Source: an uncultured Bacilli bacterium (lineage in GTDB: Bacteria; Bacillota_I; Bacilli_A; RF39; UBA660). From it: DNA of 36,525 nt. Below are positions 18,354-27,757 of the stretch, piece after piece. Position 1 is the first letter of the stretch, and the number at the start of each line of letters is the position of its first letter. The stretch covers positions 1-36,525 of the forward strand of contig CALVJI010000001.1 in assembly GCA_944332105.1 (NCBI GenBank), written 5' to 3'. Position numbers and translations under genes: made by a program. The notes beneath the pieces were generated by a model that saw nothing but the letters and a program-made list of their open reading frames with translations, had not been told where the DNA came from and ran no database searches.

Positions 18354-20087
18354 GTGAAAAAAGAAGCATTAAAAAAAATCATGACAATGTATGGCTTTTA
18401 TTCTTTAAACAAAGAACCTTTTTTGTATGAAAAAGAAACAGAATTAGGAATAGCCTATACTTTCAAAGACGATTTTTTTGGTGAATTAACACGCATATAC
18501 GTTCCCAAAAATGAAGAAGAAGCAACAGACTTTTTAGCTAAATATAGTTGGTATAAAAAATATGGCCAAAAATATCAAATTAAAATTGTCTTATCCGATT
18601 ACAAATTATATAATCCAGAAATAAGCTTTATAAAAGATGAAAAAAAACTATCTTTAGAAGGTATGAAGCAATTAATTGAAGATCAAGATGGTAAAAAAGA
18701 AACAACTAAAAAAGATGAAGCATATATTGAAAAATTACAAAGAACTCTTCTTTTACTAGTAGAAATAATTAAAGAAAAAATCAAAATTCAAGAAGATACA
18801 TATAAAAATTTATTTGAATTAACCAAGGAATTTCGGGCCAAACATAATCAATTAGAAAAATTAAAAAAAGAATATGATAAAAGAGCTAAAATAACTTTAT
18901 TACCTGAAGAAGAATTCACACCGTTACCAGACCTCACTAAAGAATTGAAAACCTTAAGTCAAGATATTGAAAAAATAAAAGAAAAAGAAGTTTTAGAACA
19001 ACAAATAGATGCATTTATTGAATATTTAAAAACCTTAGAAAAAAGTGAGAGTTTAATAAAAAACAAATACGAACTTTTAAAAATACCATTAGAAGTAGAA
19101 AATATGAATAAAGAAATTCAAGTATATGAAAATTTTGCTAATAAAAAGAAAGGACTATTTGCCAAAAAAGTATCTATATCTGAAGAATTAGCTAAAATAG
19201 AAAAACAAAGTGTTGTCTTACATATTGTTTCTTTTGAACAATTTAAAGAAAATGAAATAAAAAGAATTGAAGAAAAATATGCAATGATTCCCGATTTAGA
19301 TAAACGAACCATTAGTGATTTTCTTATTGAATTTGATAATTTAAAAGTAAAAGAGCCTCCTAAGAAAAAAGAACAACCAAAAGAAACAGAACTTTCATAC
19401 GAGGAAGTAATGGTTAAATTAGAAAAAGACTTTTATGAAAGAGGTACAAACGAACAAAAAGTATTAACAGTTTTCCATTCTATTGTAAGACCGATTTTAT
19501 TAAATAAGATCTATCGTGAAAAACAGATAGAAGAATTTATTACTTTATTAAATAACCCCAATAATATTATGATTCGTTTAAAATATTTTAAAGATATAGA
19601 TACGAGTTCACCACGCAAGTGCTACGATTCATTATTACTATATCGAAAAAATTTAGAAACGATCCAGCCAGATATTTTAGAAGGAACAATTAATGTTTTC
19701 TTTAAAGCAAATAAAGTACTAGACAATATAGAATATTTAGCCGTGACCAATAAAAGAACACAAGCTCCATCTCAAAATCTTGGCGAGAATGAAATTGAAT
19801 ACATTGCTTCTATCAAAAAATCGACGAAAGTATATTTTATTCCAACAGAAATTACTTATGATTTGGCCAGTGATGATACACTTATTCAAAAAAAGAATCA
19901 ACCTTTTTTCTTAATTGATGTACAAAAAAATACTATAAATACAGAAAAATCTGATATAATAAAAATTGTAAGATATCAACTAGAAAAAAAACAAGTAGAA
20001 CAAGAAACCATTGCAGTAGATATTAAAAGTCAAAAAATAGATCAATATAAGAAAATTATAATAGAAGGGAATGAGAACTTTGAATAA
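18354..20087 (+). CDS. large hypothetical protein (577 aa) with a Lys/Glu-rich coiled-coil central region
   Basis: Uninterrupted 1.7-kb ORF with a GTG start. No family recognised. Confidence 0.7.
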   Translation: MKKEALKKIMTMYGFYSLNKEPFLYEKETELGIAYTFKDDFFGELTRIYVPKNEEEATDFLAKYSWYKKYGQKYQIKIVLSDYKLYNPEISFIKDEKKLSLEGMKQLIEDQDGKKETTKKDEAYIEKLQRTLLLLVEIIKEKIKIQEDTYKNLFELTKEFRAKHNQLEKLKKEYDKRAKITLLPEEEFTPLPDLTKELKTLSQDIEKIKEKEVLEQQIDAFIEYLKTLEKSESLIKNKYELLKIPLEVENMNKEIQVYENFANKKKGLFAKKVSISEELAKIEKQSVVLHIVSFEQFKENEIKRIEEKYAMIPDLDKRTISDFLIEFDNLKVKEPPKKKEQPKETELSYEEVMVKLEKDFYERGTNEQKVLTVFHSIVRPILLNKIYREKQIEEFITLLNNPNNIMIRLKYFKDIDTSSPRKCYDSLLLYRKNLETIQPDILEGTINVFFKANKVLDNIEYLAVTNKRTQAPSQNLGENEIEYIASIKKSTKVYFIPTEITYDLASDDTLIQKKNQPFFLIDVQKNTINTEKSDIIKIVRYQLEKKQVEQETIAVDIKSQKIDQYKKIIIEGNENFE

Positions 20088-20670
20088 AGAAATGTTTGTC
20101 AAAAAATTAAAAGATAAATTAGATATTTTAGAAGATAGTGTTCAAGAAGAAGAGATTAATGAATATGTAAAAAAAATAGAGGAACAAGAAAAAAACGATT
20201 TAAAAGAAGAGGACATTATTAAATCATTTGGCTCTATTAATGAGATAAGTCGCAAAATTTTAAAAAAACATGGAATTAATCCGAATAAAGTTTTAAAGAA
20301 AGACCGTTTCTTATACAAGAAGTTTGAAGAACTATTTGAAGTGATTCACAAAGTAGTCGATGTGATGTCTAAAAATTCTTTAGAGGAAAATGCCAAAATT
20401 ATTTTAGATATTCTTATTCTAATCGCCTTTGTTTGTCTATTAAAGATTCCTTTCGTCGCGATTAGAGACTTAGGAGACAGTTTGCTTAGTTATACAAGTA
20501 TCCCAGTTTTATATAATTTATGGGGGATATTAATTGATATAATCTATATCATTGTCGCTGTATTTGTCTTTATGAATATCTTCACAAAATGGTTTAAAAA
20601 TTTAAAAAGCACTAAAAAATTAAAAGTAAAAAGTCTAGATACTGTTACTTTAGAAGACAAAAAAGAGTAG
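20080..20670 (+). CDS. DUF1700-like membrane protein
   Basis: The N-terminus MNKEMFVKKLKDKLDILEDSVQEEEINEY...EEDIIKSFGSINEISRKIL resembles DUF1700, followed by two C-terminal TM segments. The TTG start at 20080 is preferred because GAAGGGA lies 9 nt upstream; the track start at 20071 abuts that RBS. Confidence 0.55.
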   Translation: MNKEMFVKKLKDKLDILEDSVQEEEINEYVKKIEEQEKNDLKEEDIIKSFGSINEISRKILKKHGINPNKVLKKDRFLYKKFEELFEVIHKVVDVMSKNSLEENAKIILDILILIAFVCLLKIPFVAIRDLGDSLLSYTSIPVLYNLWGILIDIIYIIVAVFVFMNIFTKWFKNLKSTKKLKVKSLDTVTLEDKKE

Positions 20671-20697
20671 TTATCAATCAAAAACTACTCTTTTATT
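20661..20697. terminator. bidirectional terminator
   Basis: Stem GAGTAGTT/AACTACTC flanked by A and T runs, between convergent genes. Confidence 0.7.
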
Positions 20698-20918
20698 GTA
20701 TTTACTTTTTTTAAACAAATGATATCTTCTACGTTACAAGATAGAGCCATACATAACTGGGATAAAACATATAGATCCACACGTGAAATATTTCCTAAAT
20801 AATATCCTTGAATGGTTTCAAAACGTAAACCAGTCAATCGACATAGTCTATTTTTACTCATATGATTTTTTTCTATGGTTTATTTTAATTTAAAACAAAT
20901 CTGATGTGTTTGTTCCAT
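20685..20918 (-). pseudogene. XRE/Cro-C1-type small HTH regulator with an in-frame TAA at codon 13
   Basis: RBS AAGGGTGA, then the ATG at 20918: MEQTHQICFKLK*TIEKNHMSKNRLCRLTGLRFETIQGYYLGNISRVDLYVLSQLCMALSCNVEDIICLKKVNTIKE. The internal ATG at 20861 has no RBS. Confidence 0.6.
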
Positions 20919-20961
20919 AGAAAATCACCCTTCATTAAATAGCTTAGCATGAATAAAAAAC

Positions 20962-20990
20962 TTGCAAAATTGCTTATTTTGTTGTAATAT
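20962..20990 (+). promoter_or_regulatory. sigma-A type promoter, TTGCAA-17-TAATAT, upstream of typA
   Basis: Hexamers with exact 17-nt spacing. Confidence 0.55.
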
Positions 20991-21024
20991 CTTTTAAGTA
21001 TTTTATGTAAGGGGATGAGTTTTC

Positions 21025-22827
21025 ATGGATAAAATTATAAATATTGCTGTAGTTGCTCATGTTGATGCTGGAAAAAGTACATTAGTAGATGCTCTTTTAA
21101 AACAAAATGGTGTTTTTAAAGAACATGAAGAAGTTGGCGAGCTTATCATGGATAGCGACTCTATCGAAAAAGAAAGAGGTATTACAATTTATTCTAAAAA
21201 CTGTTCTATTCATTATAAAGATTACAAAATTAACATTGTAGATACACCTGGCCATGCCGATTTTTCTAGTGAAGTAGAACGAGTTATTAAAACTGTGGAT
21301 ACTGTTATTTTGATTGTCGATTCAGCGGAAGGACCAATGCCTCAAACAAGATTTGTTTTAAAAAAGGCCTTAGAACAAAATTTAAAACCTATTTTATTTA
21401 TTAACAAAATCGATAAAAGAGATGCTAGACCAACTGAAGTAGTAGATATGACATTCAATCTTTTTATGGAATTAAACGCTACAGATGAACAACTAGATTT
21501 TCCAATTGTCTACGGTATTGCTAAAGAGGGAAAATGTTCACTTGATTTAAGTCAAATGGCAGATACAGTCGAGCCACTATTAGAGACGATTGTTAAACAA
21601 GTAAAGCCTTATGAAGGTAGTGAAAGTGATCCGCTCCAATTACAAATTAGTAATTTAGATTATGATAACTTTTTAGGCAGATTAGGAATTGGTCGTATTT
21701 CAAAAGGAATTATCAAAAATGGCGAGAGTGTTGCTTTAGCAAAAAATGATGGTAAGATTGAAAATTTTAGAATTTCTAAACTATATGTTACTGAAGGAAT
21801 TAAAAGAGTAGAAAAAGACGTAGCTTATTACGGTGATATTGTAACAATTGCTGGATGTGCAGATATTTCCATTGGTGATACAATTTGTAGCAAAGATCAT
21901 ATTGAAGCACTGCCGCCAATCTTTATCGAAAAACCTACTTTATCAATGAATTTCTTAGTTAACAATGGTCCATTCGCTGGTCAAAGTGGCAAGTTTTTAA
22001 CGACTAGACACATTAAGGAAAGATTAGCTAGAGAACTAGAAACAAATGTCGGATTAGTTGTTGAAGAACTACCAAATTCAGATGGCTTTAAAGTCAGCGG
22101 TCGTGGTGAACTTCATCTATCTATTCTTCTAGAAAATATGCGTCGTGAAGGTTATGAACTATGTGTATCAAAACCAGAAGTTTTATATGAAACTATAAAT
22201 GGGCAAAAATGTGAACCTTTTGAACGTGTCATTATCAATTGCCCAGCTGAATATCAAGGAACTGTTATTAGTGATTTACAAGAAAGAAAAGCAATGCTTG
22301 AAGTCGTTTCAACGACAAATGAAGGGTATTCTCACCTAGAGTTTTCTGCTCCAACCAGAGGGTTAATAGGTTATCGTAGTACTTTTATTACCAATACAAA
22401 AGGTGAAGGTATTATGGTTCGAAGCTTTGAAGAATACAAACCATATGTTGGGGAGATTACAAGACGTAAAAATGGTGTTTTAGTTTCGATGGAAAATGGT
22501 AAAGCCTTAGGTTATTCCTTATGGAACTTAGAAGATCGCGGAACTTTGATAATCGAACCAGCAACAGAAGTATATGTTGGAATGATTATTGGTATTCATA
22601 ATCGCGATAATGATTTAGATGTCAATCCATGCAAAAATAAAAATCTAACCAATACCAGAGCTTCAGGTTCTGATGAAGCAATCAATCTAACAAAACCTAA
22701 AAAATTTACTCTTGAAGAAGCTCTAGAATTTATTGAAGACGATGAATACGTAGAAATTACTCCAGATGCTATTCGTCTAAGAAAGGCGATTTTAGATCCA
22801 AAAGAGCGTTTTAGAAGTAATAGATAA
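21025..22827 (+). CDS. typA: translational GTPase TypA/BipA
   Basis: [17 protein letters not shown] and NKIDK GTPase motifs, with an EF-G-like domain order over about 600 aa. Confidence 0.96.
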   Translation: MDKIINIAVVAHVDAGKSTLVDALLKQNGVFKEHEEVGELIMDSDSIEKERGITIYSKNCSIHYKDYKINIVDTPGHADFSSEVERVIKTVDTVILIVDSAEGPMPQTRFVLKKALEQNLKPILFINKIDKRDARPTEVVDMTFNLFMELNATDEQLDFPIVYGIAKEGKCSLDLSQMADTVEPLLETIVKQVKPYEGSESDPLQLQISNLDYDNFLGRLGIGRISKGIIKNGESVALAKNDGKIENFRISKLYVTEGIKRVEKDVAYYGDIVTIAGCADISIGDTICSKDHIEALPPIFIEKPTLSMNFLVNNGPFAGQSGKFLTTRHIKERLARELETNVGLVVEELPNSDGFKVSGRGELHLSILLENMRREGYELCVSKPEVLYETINGQKCEPFERVIINCPAEYQGTVISDLQERKAMLEVVSTTNEGYSHLEFSAPTRGLIGYRSTFITNTKGEGIMVRSFEEYKPYVGEITRRKNGVLVSMENGKALGYSLWNLEDRGTLIIEPATEVYVGMIIGIHNRDNDLDVNPCKNKNLTNTRASGSDEAINLTKPKKFTLEEALEFIEDDEYVEITPDAIRLRKAILDPKERFRSNR

Positions 22828-22852
22828 GCTAGTTTTTAAAGACTAGCTTTTT
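22826..22852 (+). terminator. rho-independent terminator after typA
   Basis: Stem AAGCTAGT/ACTAGCTT followed by a T run. Confidence 0.75.
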
Positions 22853-22912
22853 CAGTCTTTAAAAATTCTATTTTTTAAGGTATAATGAATATACATAACA
22901 AAGAGGTGAAAA

Positions 22913-23398
22913 ATGAAAAAAATCAAAAATTGGTGGGACAGTAATCGTGTATTATTTGTTCTTTGTGTAATCGTTATCATTTGTTTTCTTATTATGGGAT
23001 TTGTTGTTGTTAAGTACTTTGTTGGTTTAAATACAAGTGCTTATGGCGATCGTTTAGACGACATTGCCGACTTACCTTTTACAGAAGAAGCCCAAAATAA
23101 TATTATAAATAAATTAAAAGAAAGTGAAACTGTAACAGATGTCACTGTACATTCTCAAGGAAAGATTATTTACATCCGCATCACTTTTACAAATACTTCT
23201 TTAGATCGTGCCAAAGAAATAGCCGCGACTGCTCTAGAAGTAATTAGTGATGAATATAAACAACATTATGATATTCACTTTACTTTATATGAAGCTGCTA
23301 CCGAAGAAAATGCTGGCTTCACAATTATGGGTGCTAAAAACATAACAAACGAAAGTAATATTATATGGAATAACAATACCCCTGTAACGGAGGAATAA
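22913..23398 (+). CDS. hypothetical N-terminally anchored membrane protein (161 aa)
   Basis: ORF with RBS AGAGGTGA and a single N-terminal TM segment. It is the first gene of a three-gene operon. Confidence 0.65.
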   Translation: MKKIKNWWDSNRVLFVLCVIVIICFLIMGFVVVKYFVGLNTSAYGDRLDDIADLPFTEEAQNNIINKLKESETVTDVTVHSQGKIIYIRITFTNTSLDRAKEIAATALEVISDEYKQHYDIHFTLYEAATEENAGFTIMGAKNITNESNIIWNNNTPVTEE

Positions 23399-23402
23399 AA
23401 AA

Positions 23403-25415
23403 ATGAAAAACAAAAAAAGAACATTAGTAATCTTCCTGTTCATTCTCGCTATTTTAATTGGCATTGGGCTATTTATTTTCTTAAGTGATGAAAATCGTTT
23501 GACAAGTGCTGAAAATCGTTGGTTAAATGAAAATGCCTCAAATGTTCAAAACGTTCACATTATTAACAATGTGGATATGTTTGGAAATGCGGGTGTAGGA
23601 ATATACTATGATTTTCTAAATGATTTTACTAGTACTTATGATATTACCTTTAATCCGATCACGATTAACTCTTCAGAAGAAGGAGAAAATTTATCCTTTT
23701 TAGTTGGCAATTCGCTACCTTCTAATGCATTTTCCTTTTATGAAGACCACTATGTTTTAATTAGTAAAAACTCTGAAAGTCTTATGAGTTTTCAAAATAT
23801 TACAGGCAAAAAAATAGGGATATTAAACACCAATTCTGAATACATTCAAAATCATTTAGCTACTTTAAAAGATAATACTTTTACCGTATATAATTCTAAA
23901 GAAAGTTTAGTAGAAGCTCTAGATACAAATGCTGTCAATTATATTTTAGTCCCACGGATTGAAAATATCAGTACAGTGTTAGAAAAGAAGTATTGGATTG
24001 TATATCATTTTAGCGATTTAAAACGGTACTTTTATGTTGCCGATGAATCAAACTCTACTTTGTATCAGATTTTTATTAAATTTTTTGCCAAATGGCAAGA
24101 AGAACTTGAAACAAATTTATATGAACAAGAACGAACCATATTTGCTGAAAAATTACAAATTTCGGCTTCTCTTTTAGATGAACTTCAAAATACTCCAATT
24201 ACTTATGGCTATCAAAATTATATGCCATATGAGATTCATGGTGATAATCAATATGGTGGCATCGTAGCCGAATATTTAAAAACATTTGCATCTTTTATAG
24301 ACGCAGATATAGATTACAAAAAATATTCGAATGAACGTCGTTTTATAAAAGACATAAATGATTCTAAAATTACTCTTTACACAAATTTTTATAATTATGG
24401 TGTGACGGGAACGGATATTTCTTTAAATTTACCAATTACTTTTAGTATCTATGCCCATAAAAAAAATGACATCGTTATTGAATCTTTAGCGACCTTAAAA
24501 AATTACCCAATATATGTAGAAGAAGATTCCTATTTACAAACCAGATTATCTGTTTTAGATGGTTGTACATTAAAAACTTTTGATTTAAAAGATATTAAAG
24601 ATGTTTTAAAAGATGAAGAAAATATCATTTTACTAGATAAAAAGGTAGGCGATGAGCTTTTAAAAGATACGTTAAAAGACTATAGTAGTAGATTTACCTA
24701 TGATTTAAATATCTCTTATTCTTTAAAATCAATAGGCAATGATACGTTAAATACTCTACTTACGAGATATATTAATTATTTAGATAACAAAACATTAATA
24801 AATAAAGGATTATATCAAAGTGAGATATTAGAAAAAAGAGGAACTTTTATTGGTAGTCTCGCACGTTATGCTCTATATACCATTATCATAATTGTAGTGA
24901 TTTTATTAATGATTTATCGTTCAAGTAAAAAAGTAAGACTTCAAAAGAAAATAAAAAAAGAAGATAAATTAAAATATATGGATCAACTTACTTCATTAAA
25001 AAATCGTAATTATTTACATGAAAATATGGCAACATGGAATAAAAATACAATTTATCCACAAAGTGTCATTATTATCGATTTAAAAAGAGTTCAAGAGATA
25101 AATGACACACTAGGCTATGAAGAAGGCGATAGACAAATTAAAGCTGCTGCTAATATATTAATTAAAACTCAGTTAGATAATTCAGATATTATTAGAACGA
25201 ACGGTAATGAATTCATGATTTATTTAATTGGTTACAATCAAAAACAAGTAACAAGTTATATGAATAAATTAATGAAAAACTTTAAAACTTTACCATTTAA
25301 TTATGGCGTAGCGATCAGCTATAGTATGATTGAAAGTGATTTAAAATCAATAGAAGATGCAATTAATGAATGTGTAGATGAAATAAAAAAACAGAAAAAG
25401 GACGAGGAAAAATGA
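23403..25415 (+). CDS. membrane receptor with extracytoplasmic solute-binding-like modules and a degenerate GGDEF domain (NGNEF)
   Basis: An N-terminal TM segment, two SBP-family-3-like stretches, a second TM segment at about residue 490, then DQLTSLKNRNYL...IIIDLKRVQEINDTLGYEEGDRQIK...RTNGNEFMIYL. Confidence 0.8.
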   Translation: MKNKKRTLVIFLFILAILIGIGLFIFLSDENRLTSAENRWLNENASNVQNVHIINNVDMFGNAGVGIYYDFLNDFTSTYDITFNPITINSSEEGENLSFLVGNSLPSNAFSFYEDHYVLISKNSESLMSFQNITGKKIGILNTNSEYIQNHLATLKDNTFTVYNSKESLVEALDTNAVNYILVPRIENISTVLEKKYWIVYHFSDLKRYFYVADESNSTLYQIFIKFFAKWQEELETNLYEQERTIFAEKLQISASLLDELQNTPITYGYQNYMPYEIHGDNQYGGIVAEYLKTFASFIDADIDYKKYSNERRFIKDINDSKITLYTNFYNYGVTGTDISLNLPITFSIYAHKKNDIVIESLATLKNYPIYVEEDSYLQTRLSVLDGCTLKTFDLKDIKDVLKDEENIILLDKKVGDELLKDTLKDYSSRFTYDLNISYSLKSIGNDTLNTLLTRYINYLDNKTLINKGLYQSEILEKRGTFIGSLARYALYTIIIIVVILLMIYRSSKKVRLQKKIKKEDKLKYMDQLTSLKNRNYLHENMATWNKNTIYPQSVIIIDLKRVQEINDTLGYEEGDRQIKAAANILIKTQLDNSDIIRTNGNEFMIYLIGYNQKQVTSYMNKLMKNFKTLPFNYGVAISYSMIESDLKSIEDAINECVDEIKKQKKDEEK

Positions 25416-26245
25416 AAATAATTAAGAAAGCAAAAATAGGACTAAAAAGGCTAGTAGATATCTTAATGAGACCAGATATGCTGATTTTGCCCGGTCAACT
25501 TGCTTTCTTTTTTTTGTTGGCAACTGTTCCGACAATCACCCTTATTGCCTGTGGAGCTTCTCTTTTCCACGTTTCAATGGACTTTATCTCCAATTTTCTT
25601 TTAAAAGCATTTGGCAGTGATATTGCTTCATTAATCACTCCAATGTTAGGAGAAATAAACATTTCTTTTGAATTTTTAATCCCTCTTGTAGTTGCCTTTT
25701 ATGCTGCGAGTGGCGGAGCAAGTTCAATTATTGTGACTTCTAACCAACTTTTACACTTTAAAAATAGTTCATTTCTTAAAAGAAAAATCAAAGGCCTAGT
25801 TATGACATTTATTCTAATCAGTCTAATTGTCTTTCTCTTATTAGTACCCGCTTTCGGTGACAAATTCATTGAAATGATTCGCTATGTAAACATGAATGAA
25901 GCTGTGACAAATACCATTGCCTTTGTGATTAATCTGTCCAAAGGTCCAATCTCTTGGCTATTAATCTTTTTCTTAATAAAAATTATCTATACTCTTGCAC
26001 CGGATGAAAGAGTCGCAAGCAGTTATACAACCAAAGGATCCCTTTTTACAACCGTAGGATTAGTTGTTACAACCTACATTTATTCCTTCTACGTGAATCG
26101 TGTTGCTCATTATGATCTGCTCTATGGTGGTCTTGCTCACTTTGTTGTATTAATGATCTGGTTCTACTTAATTGCTTACATGGTAACCATCGGTATTGCT
26201 ATCAATGCAGAAGAATTAGAGAATAGGAAAAAAATACCAGAATAA
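25412..26245 (+). CDS. YihY/BrkB (virulence factor BrkB) family membrane protein
   Basis: Polytopic protein with a LPGQLAFFFLLATVP start, typical of the YihY family. Confidence 0.8.
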   Translation: MKIIKKAKIGLKRLVDILMRPDMLILPGQLAFFFLLATVPTITLIACGASLFHVSMDFISNFLLKAFGSDIASLITPMLGEINISFEFLIPLVVAFYAASGGASSIIVTSNQLLHFKNSSFLKRKIKGLVMTFILISLIVFLLLVPAFGDKFIEMIRYVNMNEAVTNTIAFVINLSKGPISWLLIFFLIKIIYTLAPDERVASSYTTKGSLFTTVGLVVTTYIYSFYVNRVAHYDLLYGGLAHFVVLMIWFYLIAYMVTIGIAINAEELENRKKIPE

Positions 26246-26346
26246 TCTATTTAAAAAAATTTACAATATAGTTATGCACACCGATATTATTCGTGCATAA
26301 AAAGAAAAATTACTTTTTGATGGAAAAAGTATTTTTCAGTAATATC

Positions 26347-26391
26347 GAAAAGAGAATAAGGTTCTACTCCTTCCTTACTTCTCTTTTTTTT
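26347..26391 (+). terminator. strong rho-independent terminator
   Basis: About 14-bp stem GAAAAGAGAATAAGG/CCTTACTTCTCTTTT (one bulge) followed by a T run. Confidence 0.7.
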
Positions 26392-26396
26392 AAAAT

Positions 26397-26425
26397 TTGA
26401 ATGAATTATTAATTTATAGTATAAT
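26397..26425 (+). promoter_or_regulatory. sigma-A type promoter, TTGAAT-17-TATAAT, upstream of the rlmB-like gene
   Basis: Hexamers with exact 17-nt spacing. They lie inside the over-extended ORF-track start. Confidence 0.55.
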
Positions 26426-26447
26426 AGACCTAATTGGAGGGGTATTT

Positions 26448-27122
26448 ATGTTAGCTTATGGTAAAAACATCTTATTTATGACAGATCCAAAAGAGATTAA
26501 AAAGGTTTATCTATCACGCAAAGACGAGGAAATTTTTAATTATTTAAAAACTCATAAAATTCATTATGTTATGACGACAACAGAACAACTAAACAAAATG
26601 ACGAAAGCCAACCATCAAGGTATAATTATTGAAAGAGATGAATATAAATATTATACGCTTGAAGATATAAATAATGAGGAGTTTTTATTAATATTAGATC
26701 ACTTAGAAGATCCGCATAATTTGGGGGCGATCATCAGAACTGCAGAAGCTGCTGGTATTAAAAGCATCATCATTCCTAAAGATCGCAGTGTAAGCATCAC
26801 CGACACAGTCATCAAAACGAGTGTAGGAACGACAAGCAAAGTGAAAGTAATTAAAGTAACAAATATTGTAGAAACCATAAAAAAATTACAGAAAAATGAT
26901 TATTTTGTCTATGCTTCAGCCATGGATGGCAAAGATGCTAGAAATATAGACTTTTCTGGAAAAAAAGTTTTAATAATCGGTAACGAAGGAAAAGGCATTA
27001 GTTCTTTAGTTCGTAATACTTGTGATGAAATCATTAAAATTCCAATGATTGGCGAAGTAAATAGTTTAAATGCCTCTGTCGCAGCCGGTATCCTAATTTT
27101 TAAAATGGGGGGATTAATTTGA
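26448..27122 (+). CDS. rlmB: TrmH-family 23S rRNA (guanosine-2'-O)-methyltransferase RlmB/YacO-like
   Basis: SpoU motifs (LDHLEDPHNLGAIIRTAEAAG, IGNEGKGIS, SLNASVAAGI) and the conserved position upstream of sigH. GGAGGGG precedes the ATG at 26448. Confidence 0.85.
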   Translation: MLAYGKNILFMTDPKEIKKVYLSRKDEEIFNYLKTHKIHYVMTTTEQLNKMTKANHQGIIIERDEYKYYTLEDINNEEFLLILDHLEDPHNLGAIIRTAEAAGIKSIIIPKDRSVSITDTVIKTSVGTTSKVKVIKVTNIVETIKKLQKNDYFVYASAMDGKDARNIDFSGKKVLIIGNEGKGISSLVRNTCDEIIKIPMIGEVNSLNASVAAGILIFKMGGLI

Positions 27123-27757
27123 ATTACCATGAAGACGATGAATTTTTATTTGACATGATCTCAGAAAGCAATGAAGAAGTACGAGATAGTTTATATGAAA
27201 GGTATATTCCATTAATAAAATACTTAACTAAAAAATATGTTCGCAGTGCTCAAAAATATGGACTAGATTACAACGACCTAATCCAAGAAGCCAATGTAGG
27301 TTTTGCCGATGCTTTAAATAGCTATGATGAGCAGAAGGACGCGAGTTTAAAAACATTTATCACCCTTTGCATTGAAAGACGCCTCATTAATGCCATTCGT
27401 AAAGCTCAATCAAATAAAAGCCAACAAGATAAAAGTAATCTTTCTTTAGAATATGATTATGATAACAATGGTCAACCATTAATTGAAGTGCTTCGTGACG
27501 ACACGATGGATCCATTGCTTCACTTTAGCGAACAAGAAAGTGAAGAAGCTTTGTACAAAAAAATTGAAAATGAACTATCGGAAGGAGAATATACAGTTTT
27601 CACTTATTTGTTAAATGGCCTAAATTATAAAGAAATTGCACTTTTACTTGACAAAACAGAAAAACAAATTGATAATACAATTCAAAGAATTCGTAATAAA
27701 ATTCGCAATCTTTTAAAGGAGGAAGAAAAATGGCCAGAAGAGAATGGAAAAAAATAG
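27119..27757 (+). CDS. sigH: RNA polymerase sigma factor, SigH-like
   Basis: Region 2 and region 4 patterns resemble B. subtilis SigH (DLIQEANVGFADALNSYDEQKDASLKTFITLCIERRLINAIR; YKEIALLLDKTEKQIDNTIQRIRNK), and the rlmB-sigH-secE-nusG synteny is conserved. TTG start preceded by GGGGGGA. Confidence 0.8.
   Translation: MNYHEDDEFLFDMISESNEEVRDSLYERYIPLIKYLTKKYVRSAQKYGLDYNDLIQEANVGFADALNSYDEQKDASLKTFITLCIERRLINAIRKAQSNKSQQDKSNLSLEYDYDNNGQPLIEVLRDDTMDPLLHFSEQESEEALYKKIENELSEGEYTVFTYLLNGLNYKEIALLLDKTEKQIDNTIQRIRNKIRNLLKEEEKWPEENGKK

Noticed and set aside
26397-26447. ORF-track 5' extensions using TTG, GTG or early ATG starts. The clearest cases are 26397, 688, 3578, 7076, 32526, 32611, 18280 and 31591; the starts at 16305, 15330 and 20071 were also shortened.
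   Set aside because: In each case a strong SD sequence sits at the proper distance from a downstream start. The extension overlaps a promoter, a terminator or a neighbouring gene, so shorter coordinates were used.
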